A stretch of 63,384 bases of DNA, the filler included, from Choristocarpus tenellus KU-1152 (Eukaryota > Protista > Phaeophyceae), in assembly GCA_964200185.2 (NCBI GenBank). It is 10 parts of 10 records of this genome, joined end to end, with 100 filler letters (N's around TTAATTAATTAA, not from the genome) between each part and the next. Parts side by side here need not be neighbours in the genome. Positions count along the whole stretch, not along the records: positions 39,359 to 57,967 come from CAXNAD020000531.1; positions 58,068 to 60,642 come from CAXNAD020026633.1; 8 more parts are not named here. The stretch is one strand, 5' to 3'. Positions 46,762 through 58,265 of the stretch are shown one piece after another. A program made the translations under genes and the position numbers. The notes below the pieces were generated by a model. That model ran no database searches, was not told the DNA's origin, and saw nothing but the letters and a program-made list of their open reading frames with translations. Position 1 is the first letter of the stretch, and every line of letters starts with the position of its first letter.

Positions 46762-49700
46762 ATGGAGACAGTGAAAAGAGAGTTTTCTGCTGATACGGAG
46801 ATAGGTAACAACTGGGTAGAACTTCACAATGTCATATGTCCTGCAAGTTCGCCGGAAAATACCTACATGGACCCATTCCCTTTCAAATGGAAAATATTTG
46901 AAGCAGTATCCAAGAGAAGTGGTCTAAGGTGAGTCCAAAAAGATGGGGCACATCTCCAAACATGGGTTTTGTAGATTGGTTGATCTTGTGGGTTTATCAG
47001 ATTGTATGTATGATTCTGTTTTCATGTTTTCCGTTGCTGCGGTCTTTGCCCTTGTCTCCTGACAGAATGGTGCTTTTGCTTTGTTCTCTCAAGTTACCAA
47101 GATTCCAAACCTACAGGACATCGTCGCTGTAGTATACTCTCTAGAGTTGATAAATGAACTATGATCAGGCATGGCCAACTTAGTCCTACGCCATCTAGTT
47201 GTTCCTGGGCTCCGTGTACGATTGCATCGATAGGTGTTAGGTTCTGAGTTTCAGAGAGGAATGCACTGGTGTGTGTGATGGTACCAACCTTGCCGCATTC
47301 ACCACGATTTTTGTGAATGTCCAATTGGTAGGATTGGTTTTGTTACTATGGAGTATTGACCAACTAATCGCTTCGTCCCCATTTTGTGGTCTCCTCTTTC
47401 AATACCAGGGCTTTTGCATCGTATTGGGATCGCCTTTCCGGATTTATTCAGGGAGAGCTCACTCGAGACTGCCTTGACGAGGTAATAGTTTCGTGCCTTG
47501 GAGAAGAAAATGTGCCCCTCCACAACGAGCTGATCTTGTGCCTTATAAACAATGCACATTGCAGTGTTGTGAGCGCCGAACTGGAGAATCACGTACCAGC
47601 GCAGAACTCCAGACAAGCACTCGCACCTTTTTCGATCGGACGAAAGGCCCAAGCAAAATCAGCTCATCTTCCCTCATGTAATACTACCCCAGCAATGATG
47701 AGTGGAGGTTGTCTAGAACAGAAGGGGGCGGGAGTGGAAGAAGGAACTGATAGTGTGTGTGATCGTGCACCACAGGAAATACCTCGTGAAAGAGTGGACA
47801 CACGAGTCAAGAACGATAGGGTTCCTGCTACTGACGATGGCGTCATATTGTTGGTGGAAATGGAGCAGCAGTTTGGACACTGTTCTGATGTATGGAGCCA
47901 GTGGGCAGACGATTGGAGGGAGCTCGACTCCAATGAGCAGCAGTATGTTGCCAAGGATGAGATTTTGGAGTGTGTTGATGCAAGGTCAAGACCAAAGTCA
48001 CTGGAGGTGGATAGCATGCGGTGGAGCAAGCGGTTGGGCTCCCCTTCTCAAAATTTGATCACAAAGAGGATGAAGCTTGGTGCAGGTGAAAATAGAATTT
48101 TCATTCTGCGGCGAGAGTCATCCTTTTGGACAAGATATTTTTGTTTCGAAAAACAATACATATTTTTTTTTAGATTTTTTGCGTTGTTTTGTCTTTTTTT
48201 AGAAGGGTTAGGGTTAGGGTTATCGATCCCATGAGAGGAGATGCTGGAAGCATGTGAGTGTAACTTCAACTTGAATGTTTTGTAGGAAGCTATCATTGCT
48301 CAAGCTGATCGATCCCATGAGAGGAGATGCTGGAAGCATGTGAGTGTAACTTCAACTTGAATGTTTTGTAGGAGCTATCATTGCTCAAGCTGATCAATCC
48401 CATGGGAGGAGATGCTGGAAACATGTGAGTGTAACTCCAACTTGTAGGTTTGTGTTTCCTGTTTTTACCTTTCAAAGCATGTAAAATTGTAATAGGAATG
48501 TTACTAAGATAAGAGAGTGAGGGGACGGCAGGGGAATTATTCCTATTGGCTTAGTTTAGCAGACATTTTCGTTGTTGTTTTGGGTTAGGGTTAGGGTTAG
48601 GAGGTGTACCCCCATGACGCCATTGATGCAATCTTTCTAACCCTTACCCTAACCCTTACCCTAACCCTTTTGTGCCATGTCCCCTAGCTCTCTACCTTCA
48701 TGTTGTCACAATTATGTTATGTCATCTTGACAGGACCAATGAAATGCCTTGCATTTTTGCCTGCCCTGACCAGATGCGACGGGCACTCACTCTCCTGACA
48801 AAGATAGAATATCTGAATCCTTGGACTCAAATGCAAAATTACAAAGATTGTACAGTAGGACACCAGTGGAAGAGGTTGGACCAGGTTACCTTCCACAACG
48901 CATACCCGGTTCGAGGATGCTGGCTCCTCTCCTTCAAGCTACTACAGCCAACAAGCAGATGAGGGTCACCCACGAGGTTTGCCGTGTCATGACCGCCAGC
49001 ATTAAGGTACTCCGTATTTATAGACAAGAATAGTTTGATGTATGATTGTGACTGCATGTTGATGTCAGTCATGCCAGCTTCTACTCCGGATATCTTACCT
49101 GGTGCCATTCAACAGCACGTAGAGGTCACGGAGGTGATGACACCGTTACTACCTGGGCCACTTTTGCATCACTTCCTTGTTTGCTTTTTCTATCTCCCTG
49201 GCCTTGAGCGATAAACTATTGTTACTCACCAAGGGTTATGTGTGTGAACTTCATTTTGAGTATGCTAAGACCGGTAGCGCTAGGTGAAGCCATACTGAGA
49301 CAAAGTTAGGGTTAGGGTTAGGGTTATTCTGACTCATCCTATACTGAGACAAGGTTCAAGTCCAGATAGTATATGGAGACCATGAATCCTTGAGAACAGT
49401 TTCTCTTGAAAGGGAGCAATAACGCCTGCATATTCTGACTCATCAGCTGGATTTCATTTCCATACAATACATGGCGGTTGAATGTTGCTCCCTTTGTTGA
49501 CGGACTCCACTTGATTATATTGTCCTACCTGTGTGGGGAGTCACTCAGGAGTATGCCAGAAGAGTGCTGGAGGCGTGTGTCAGGTGTGCTAAGGATGATG
49601 CGGCAGTGTGGGGGAGCGGGAGCAAGAGTGATCCGCACGAAACTGTAGCAGACCTGCATGAAATGGGGTGTAAGAGGGATGAAACCGCGGGTTTGGTCAA

Positions 49701-50501
49701 GAGTGGAAGGTGTTACTCTACGCCAGGACAAGGTGGAACGATGGGAAATGTGGTCAAAGGGTTAGGGTTAGGGGTAACCATGCGAGGAAGTCAATACCTT
49801 GGACCAGCACAGTCAATGTCGACACCGGGGTTAGGGTTGGGAGGAAAAGGGCGGGAGGATTGGGCAGCAGGGATTGCAGGAGGCATTGCTGCTGCAAAGG
49901 CCAAACAGACGGCTATGGCTAATGCACTTCAGGTCACCAAGGCAGGGGGGAAAGGTGCACCTGGGCCGCAAGGTCGCTCAGGTCAGTGTCGCAGAGCTCT
50001 CAAAAAGCCTGGAATCAAATCGGCAGTTTTCATTGGCGAATGATTGATGCCACTGTTGGATTTGGATGAACGTGGCTATTTGTCTTCCTATAATTATTTT
50101 TCGTATTTTGGTTAGGTGTTTGACTGTTTGATCCAGTTTGATAAAAAAAAAAAATGTTAATTTTTGTTGTTGTTGAGCTGCCCCCTGCCCCGCTTGTTCC
50201 TGCCACCCAATGAAACGGTAACTTTTGCCCTGTGCCCTATATTTGTTCAGGAGATATTCAGAGAGATGGAATGGTCAATGGGACTCCGTCAGGTGACAGG
50301 GCTGTTTCAATCAGTGGTGGATGTGTACAAGTTACACAGGCCCCATACTATTCTCCTGGTCGGCAGTTGATCTATCCAGAACACCTACAGAGGGCCCTGG
50401 AAACTGTCCCACATTTGGCTGGCCCGACCCCAGGAGCTCTGCAGCAGTGGAAGAGGACTGTAGCCCTTTCAAGGTACATTCCAAGAGGAACATATTCATG
50501 A
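46762..50501 (+). CDS. TADA1: SAGA complex subunit ADA1/TADA1-like (exons 46762-46928, 47409-48085, 48774-49006, 49549-49981, 50251-50501)
   Basis: YWDRLSGFIQGELTRDCLDEVIVSCLGEENVPLHNELILCLINNA (SAGA-Tad1 N-terminal motif); histone-fold-like IPGSRML..VCRVMTASIK-EYARRVLEAC; C-terminal IYPEHLQRALETVPHLAG; all junctions in phase. Confidence 0.75.
48222..48445. repeat. Tandem repeat, ~85-bp unit x2.6, in ADA1 intron
   Basis: ATCGATCCCATGAGAGGAGATGCTGGAAGCATGTGAGTGTAACTTCAACTTG repeated. Confidence 0.9.
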
Positions 50502-51799
50502 TGCGGTTGCTTCTGTGAAGGATTCTCGTGTTTATGCGAAGGGTGATATAGTGTGGACAAAATGATGTTCATGGCTTCGATTGGGGGGCATGGGCTGTGT
50601 GTATGTCAATGTATGCCTCATCAAGGCTGTCTTTACAATGTGTCATTGTAACTTTGGGTTAGGGTTAGGACCCTAACCCTATTGTAACTTGGTTGTAGCA
50701 AGAATGTAATTGTATGTTGGCCATACAATATGTTGTCTAAAGAGAAGGCTGTTTGCTCCACCTTGGTTTTTTACTCATCATTTTCAACACAACAAGGAGA
50801 AAAGGTAGTGTGACCAGTTCGGGGATTAGGGTTAGGGTTAGCGTATCATGTCAATAAGATATCGGTTTATTTATTATCTGTAGACTTGGAAGATCTTTCA
50901 GAGTTTTACGCACAAGCTTAAGGGTGTTTCAAGGAATACCAATCAATGTCCTTGATCAATTCAACTCCCCAAGCCCCACATGTCCTTGCTTGAGAGGAGT
51001 TGAAATGGGATGAGATTTTTCTGTCCAATTCTCAGTCACCTGGACCAAGATTTGATCTTATACGCACTTCACCTCATCTCTAGCAGTGCCTCTCAAAACA
51101 AGTATGCGCAGCTGTTTTAATTTAGTGTCACAACTTCACTTAAAAATAATGGATACCATCAGATTCTCAAGTATTCTACAACCTGTCAAAAGAGAAGGCT
51201 TTCCAAGTACCATGCTAAGTTTTCAGTCTGTTTTTAGAAAGTGTTGTACACAGAACATGTGCTGTATTTTGTGGCTTGGAAGTCACCAAGACTGTGTAAA
51301 GAGTGACCCTTCCTTTAGTAGTGTGTATGGTCCTCACAACGTGAAGATAATTGTGTGATGGAAGAGGGACTTAGGCAACTGGCCTGTTTATCTAATTGCT
51401 TGGTGAGAAAACAAGAATACCACCAAAACACATTTTACTTACATGTTTGCGCTTTTCTTTGAAAGGAGCAATGCACATTGTGTTTTTTGAGGGTGGCCCA
51501 ATAGACACATTTGTGTGTACACCTACTTGCATAACCTACATCCTATGTGTATACAATTATAGAGCAAGGTCTCCAACCCTAACCCTAACCCATGCTTTCA
51601 CCCGTCTTTCTTGTAACATAACTTTTGCAGCCCCGATGAAGAACCAAGATTTTTTTTCACATGTTCATATTTTATGGGTGTATTGTGCAGACTCGAAAAG
51701 GTTGCTCACCAAAATCTCAAGCAAAATGGGGTAGCCTATACCCAACTATGATTCTGCCCCCGAAGCCCTCCAAAATTCTGTTCCAGCAGGTTATTTTGC

Positions 51800-52400
51800 T
51801 GCATCCACTGGGGCATTCCGGGGGAGCTTGCCCGCCTTCTCAGCCTATTCATTGCTAAGATGGGGAATTTCGAAGACATTATCACCTTTAGATCTCAGCA
51901 TTTCGCCAAATATTGCAAGGAGGCTCAGCCAGACACACTCTAGTGTCCAACGGATGTACACATGAAACGTCTCCATTTTGGCCTCCGCCAGATCCTATGT
52001 ATTGATCACCCCCGTGTCTTCCTTCAGTGTCTGAATGGAATGAAAGAATGCCAGGTTGTAGACATTGAGGTCAGATGAATTGGCTGGCTTGGTACCTACG
52101 ACAATATAGTCCACCACTGTCTCCTCAATTGCCCTCGTGATCCCCCCTTTGGTGTATGGCTTTGCCCTGTCCTGCTGCACGAAGATGGTGAGTGCTTTCA
52201 GCCTAGGCATGCAATGCAGGCCTTGATTGCCGTGATGACATCCTTGATCATGAGCTTATTTTTCCTCTCCCAGTCTACTGTGGCTGGCATAAGCACGTTG
52301 ATGCCCTTGGGGTGGAGTTTCCTGGAGCACTGAGCGACCTTAGTGTCCACAATTGGCTAGATCCAGACTTTCCCATCGAGCCACACCCCCAAGGCATCTG
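51800..52400 (-). pseudogene. Plant-type mariner (DD39D-like) transposase relic
   Basis: WLDGKVWI*PIV..AQCSRKLHPKG..IKDVITAIKA; TIFVQQDRAKPY; KPANSSDLNVYNLAFFHSIQ; LECVWLSL..MLRSKGDNVFEIPH..GKLP, collinear with Soymar-type mariner transposases, with stops and frameshifts. Confidence 0.85.
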
Positions 52401-52877
52401 AGTCTCCTGTTCTCTCACCTCTTGGTATCGCGCCACCGTGCTGTTCTTAGGGTTAGGGTTTTTTCAGTCTGAAGTCCGGGCAGACTTCTAATCTAAGCCA
52501 AACAATTTGGACCCAGTGGTGATGACGGGATGAGAGAGCTGCTCAAACGACAGGGGGCCTTCGTCCTAGGCATCCCAATAAACACCGGCTTTGACAGTTT
52601 CAGAAGGTTTTTGAATTCCGTCTAATGTGACTTGGTCAACTTTGCACTGGTGATCCCCAGAGTCATGACAGTCGATCTGTAAGAGTGTTGTGTGCATACT
52701 GAGCCTACATTTATCCTTTGCGTGCAATGCAGAATGCACTATTTTATGTTGTGGTTGTTGTACAAATCAAGCAAAAGTGTGTATGTTGCCTTGTCAGAAG
52801 CGACCGTTTTGTGACATTTACTGAATGTCAGAAGTTAGTTGGTGGATCATCTTCACTACAAAATATATGCCACTTAT

Positions 52878-53262
52878 GCAAAAGAGAGCTATTCCAATAG
52901 AGTCTTTTCATTATGTTGTATGGATGTATTTATTAGCGGAGTGAGCACAGACCTCGGTGGTGGGGGGTGCTCTCTCTTATTATCTCATTACACACGTCAG
53001 CAGACACATCCAAAATGTGTCCAACCGTTGGTCGTACTATGTATGTCATTTATCCTGTGTAACTAGTATTACGTCAGAAATCCTTCGTCAATCGACCTAT
53101 ATCAAGTAATAAGAAGTCAAACGTCCGAGATTCCAACCTATTACTCTAAGCACACAAAAGCAAGTCAGTGACATTTATTCCACTTGGTCAATATTCCTGC
53201 TGTCTGAATCTGGTCACTAAACACATATAAACCATATAGACTACCAGCCTAAATTGCACACT
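52878..53262. repeat. Dispersed repeat family D (~390 bp), second copy ~55889-56290
   Basis: Shared GCTATTCCAATAGAGT..TTTATTAGCGGAGTGAGCACAG.CCTCGGTGGTGGGG..GGTCACTAAACACATATAAACCATATAGACTACCAGCCTA. Confidence 0.88.
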
Positions 53263-54077
53263 ACTCCCTATCTCATTTGTAGATACAGTTCAGTGCCATC
53301 AACTGGTGTCAATAGTTGGCCCATCCACTAGTAGCGGTTCCTAATCGTGCAAGTACCCGCATTGCATGTGTACCAATCTGCACGGCATATGATTGCAACT
53401 TACCTTTGGACTTTGCAGGATTAGGGTTAGGGTTAAAACATGCTCTGTTTCCTCCACGATTTATGCATCTAGTTCAGTACCTTCAACCAGTGGTGACTGT
53501 TGGCCCATGCACTAGGAACGACTCTTTATTTTTATAAATATATATTTATGCCCTCTGACATTTTGGAGATGTGTCAAGGGGAAAAGTCAATCAATTCACG
53601 AGGACCACCCCTGCACAAGAAAGAGATGTGTATGTGAAAGATACCTATCTGAAGTCTGTGCATACTATTTGAATACCGGCTACACTACAACACTCTCTCA
53701 AGGTTGGTTGTGTCAATCTTACTTGTACATTGCTGCAATGCCTCCAGCCTAGCTTAGCCCTACACAAGTGGGCAAGGAACTAGGGAAGTATCCCAAGAAT
53801 CTGACATGCCCGTTCTTGCTTATCTGTGTGGTGTCTCTAGCTTGAAATGCACAACAAATCTGAAGAGAGCCGATTGTTTATTGACAAGCACTATTTTTCA
53901 TCAGCAAGATTTGACAGCCTCTTGCCTGCTATATCCTCCCACCCCTCTCCCACGTATGTATCCAACTCATCCAGTTCTTTAGTTCTTAGATATCCACAAC
54001 GCGCACATGTGCGGTAGATGATTGCAACTTACCATTGCACCCTGCATGGTTACAGTAAGTTTAATCTATTAGGTAAA

Positions 54078-54338
54078 GAGCCAAAGTATCTTAGAGGGTA
54101 GAGCTGTGTCCATTTGGGGGCCAAAATCCAATCTTGCGATTCTGATGTAATTTTGGCTATAGTGTTTGTTAGAAAGTGTCAATATCCTTGTTCCGGGCCC
54201 ACCTTTTCATATCGTTTACATTTTACCTCCTCCGAAATTTTATGGAGTAGTAGGAAAATGTCGTAAAAACCCCAAGGGCGGCCAAGCCTCAAATGGACAA
54301 ACAGGGCAAAACTCGTACCCTCTAAGATACTTTCACTC
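54078..54338 (+). mobile_element. MITE family B, complete, TSD AAA
   Basis: GAGCCAAAGTATCTTAGAGGGTA ... TACCCTCTAAGATACTTTCACTC; AAA on both sides. Confidence 0.92.
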
Positions 54339-56599
54339 AAATGTTCTTCAACATACCAGCTCAGTCAGTATGTGACAAATGAGTTGACTAAGAATTGGGC
54401 CTGATTCTCTTTTACTTTTTCTCGTGTATCAAACTACACTGACATCTCATAAAAAATAGATTTTAATTGCAAGGTGTTGCTCCCTCTTGAGATTTTGAAT
54501 TCATGTATTCAAAGTTAATACATCCATAACCTTTTCCAAAAGGGAACAAGCCTCTACTCAGAGCATGTACCACTATCCTGGACCGCAGCACTGAATAGTG
54601 CCATGCCTTACAGTGGTATTCAAGTAGCCTTTTCACAGAGCATGTTGCAAACATTTGTTGGATGATTTGTGCCTTCAACAATTGTCCACATACACCCATA
54701 GGGACAAGGGTTGGTGCAACGCCACACTTTAATTACATGGTGATACTCCTCATGGTACCAATTGGTAGTCGAAACAGCTCGCCATTTTGTACTCAATTTC
54801 CCTTTGATAATTTTCGCGCCACAATTCATGTGAACATGGTGGAATGGGAATGGGTCTGGACTTTTGGAAAAAGAGTATGGCAGACAGAATGCGATTTTTT
54901 TCAACTAATTCCCATAGGTGAAAGAGGGCTGACCCAAGCTGACTGAGAGGTCTGCCATGTGGGTGTTCAACCTTGGCACACAACCCCCAATCCTACGAAC
55001 CATCCGACCCCTGCCTCTTCCGCCCCAAGACTTCGATGTTTTGGTGGATACCACCGGATTAGCAGATTTATCTAGATCAGGTGTGGAACTTCAGGACCGT
55101 TCCCACTGAGCCAAAGTAAACAATAAGTACCCAGGTTTTTCCCGATTTGCATTTTAAGACTTTCAATCTTTGCAAATCACCCATATTTCTAAGTAAAGAT
55201 GAATTTCTATGTTTGTTTTGAGAGAGTTTATTTCCATATTGTTTGAAACTTTTCCGACCCAATTCAGAAAATACCCTATACACACTTGTATTAAAGTCAA
55301 ATTTGAATATATTGGTCAGCATCCTTGAAATGCAATTCTGAGTACCCCTCGTTTACTTTGACTCACTATAGTTTCGATGGTTTCACACTAACAGTGAAAA
55401 CCTACAATCATTGCCTGTGACCGAGTAACGACTTTCCATCCTTGATCCTCTCCAGAAATAGGTTCAAGTTCAGCAGGCGGAACTCAAAATTCTGCGAAGT
55501 AGGAAACAAGCATCTCCATCACCTTCGACTGGGGATGTCTCACCAAAACAGGGAAGAACTGAGAAGAACTTATCGCATGCAGATGCTTGGAACCTCTTCT
55601 TCACATTTTCACCTATAGTAACCCTGATTTCCAACTCAACACATACTCCTGCAACACCCATAAGCCCTCCAATAAGACGATACATTTATTTGCCGCTAAA
55701 CGCACAGTCACCTTGTCAGCACAGGGTTCGTCTGGAGTCTGCCCTTGCTGATAATGCTACCTCTGCGCTTTCAGTGGACAAGGGGACAGGCACCATAGGG
55801 GTGCCCAGCAGAGGTAGTTTCCTCTCTTTGTGTTGGTTCAGATTCAGAGTTTGTTGATAGGGCTGGGATTTCAGGATGTGATAACTTTGCAAAAGAATAG
55901 CTATTCCAATAGAGTATTTTGCTTGATGTGGTATGTGTGTGTTTATTAGCGGAGTGAGCACAGCCCTCGGTGGTGGGGAGAGTGCTCTCTTATTATCTTA
56001 TTGTTTATTGTATATGTCAGCTGACACATCAGCTGTCACATTAAAACGTTTCTTGCCGTGTTACATCGTACTATGTCGTTTTTCCTGTGTAGCTAGTATG
56101 TACTACGTCAGTAACCCTTCATCAATCCATTTATATCAAGTAATAATAAATCAATCACCTGTGATTCGAACTCATTTTCCTAAGCACACGATAACAAGTC
56201 AATAACAATTATTCCACCTAGTCAACATTCCTGTTGTCTAACGGTGGTCACTAAACACATATAAACCATATAGACTACCAGCCTATATTGCACAATAACT
56301 CCTTGGTTCCTACCCAGTAGTAATAAATCATTATGTATGTTGTCACTCGGATAGACCAAGCCATACATAGAAGAAGTGGGCAACAACGCCCAAACCAGAA
56401 TTTTCTTCTTTCTTTGGTATCTAACCCTAACCCTAACTTGACAGCCCAACGAGATATCACTCAAACCGGCCGATTGATGATGCACTTGAACAAGCAATAT
56501 CGAATCACATATTTCTAACAATTATTGGGCTACAACCCAGAAGAAACATCTACAACTATTCACGACTCAAAATGGTCACATTGCAATCCACTGCCTCAA

Positions 56600-57260
56600 A
56601 TTCGCTTTGTTTATTCAATAGCAATCTCAGTAGTGAAGGGTTTTCCAAGTCCATAGCACCAGTGGGTGAAGACTTTGTTGTACACCTCGAATATGTTCCA
56701 CACAGGCAACTTATTGTTGGCATACATCTGCTATCCAACATCACAATAAACACTCTTATACTTCAAAGGTTTCACTTCATCAACTATGGATTCCAGGAAA
56801 ATTAATATGATGACTCAGTTCCACACATCACAGTTGATGCCACAACTTATTCTAGTCATCAGCTATCATTACATGCAACCTCACCCCACCCTTGCGCTCA
56901 CATTAGTCCTATACCAAACGGTGCCTTGCATTTAAAAGGTGCTGGGAGAAGACCTTTCCAAGCATATGGATTTATTCAATTTCAACTATATTCGAGGAAA
57001 AATCACTGCCTGTTGAAGTAGTAGCCCTACCCTCTTTAGATTAATACTTCTGGACAATGGTATCATGGGTGCTTTTTGAGCGAAGTTGGACTGCGATAGA
57101 GAAGAAATAACTAAGTTGAAGAAATGTACTTGAAATGTAGAAAAATGCCCGCGTTGCCAAGGCATTTTCTGAGAACACAGTTCGCGTTCCAGCCGTTCAC
57201 AAAATTTCCCCATTATCCACTGTTGATTCATCCACCACCCATCAGTCAAAACACTGTTCT
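56600..57260 (-). pseudogene. Possible degenerate Ulp1/C48 SUMO-protease domain
   Basis: DGWWMNQQWI..ERL..VHFFN..IV.KY.SKRV.LL..VIFP and downstream QQ..N...CG..LRLLL resemble WLND.IN..VHFFNS..V.RW..IFVP / Q.N..DCG; heavily disrupted. Confidence 0.35.
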
Positions 57261-57800
57261 ACATTTTCGATAGGCATGGGTGTTGCTGCAGTGGGAATTG
57301 AGTTCAATATATCTGTACTTGTAACACATTACATATTTACGCCCTGAAACATAAACTATTGTCTCAATTTTTTGTAAGGCCTTGCTGCCTATATTGACCA
57401 AATATGTTGTGGTGGAGCCCATTGTCACGACCAGCATGGACTTTACCACCAATGAGCACTACCATTCTCCATGGAAATACATGATTGTCAGTCGTTCTTG
57501 ACCTGTTTGTGAAGAGATGGGTCTTGACCAGTCAAAACTCTCGACCCTGCTAGTAATAATGTTCTGGTCACGTATCACCACCACTGGATTAAATTCACCA
57601 ACTTCCAGAAGCACCAAAAAAGTACGATAGTGGCTAGTCCAGCCACTCCAGAGGAGCTTTATAGCCTGCAATGAGATAGAAGTTTTTGGTAAGAAAGCCC
57701 GGTAAATGCAGTGTTCTCTGACAATGAACGAGAAGAACTTCTCGGACCTTGTCGCCAAATTTCGGTCTGCATTTTCACTCACTTCTGAGAATCGCAATTG

Positions 57801-57967
57801 AAGCCAAAGTATCTTAGAGGGTAGGGCCTCATCCATTTGGGGGCCAAAATCCAATGTTGTGATTTTGATGTAGTTTTGGCTATCGTGTTTGTTGGGAAAT
57901 ATCCATGTCCTTGTTCCGAACACACCTTTTCATGATGATGTATACATTGACCCAAAGTATCTGGGGG
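57801..57967 (+). mobile_element. MITE family B left half (57801-57948) interrupted by a MITE A terminus (57949-57967)
   Basis: AGCCAAAGTATCTTAGAGGGTA..CACACCTTTTCAT..TACATT|GACCCAAAGTATCTGGGGG. Confidence 0.88.
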
Positions 57968-58265
57968 NNNNNNNNNNNNNNNNNNNNNNNNNNNNNNNNN
58001 NNNNNNNNNNNTTAATTAATTAANNNNNNNNNNNNNNNNNNNNNNNNNNNNNNNNNNNNNNNNNNNNGGGATGAGGGATGGGATGAGATCATGCAGGTGA
58101 TGGACAGGATGCCCAAGGGGGGAGGTATGGGGGATGAAGGGGATGAAAATGCCAGGATGACTGCATTGCTCAACCATTAGGCATCAACACCCACAGTATC
58201 TTGAACTCTGCTACCTAATCCTCACCACGCCTCCCTGTACCCCCAACCTCTTGTTCAACACACAG

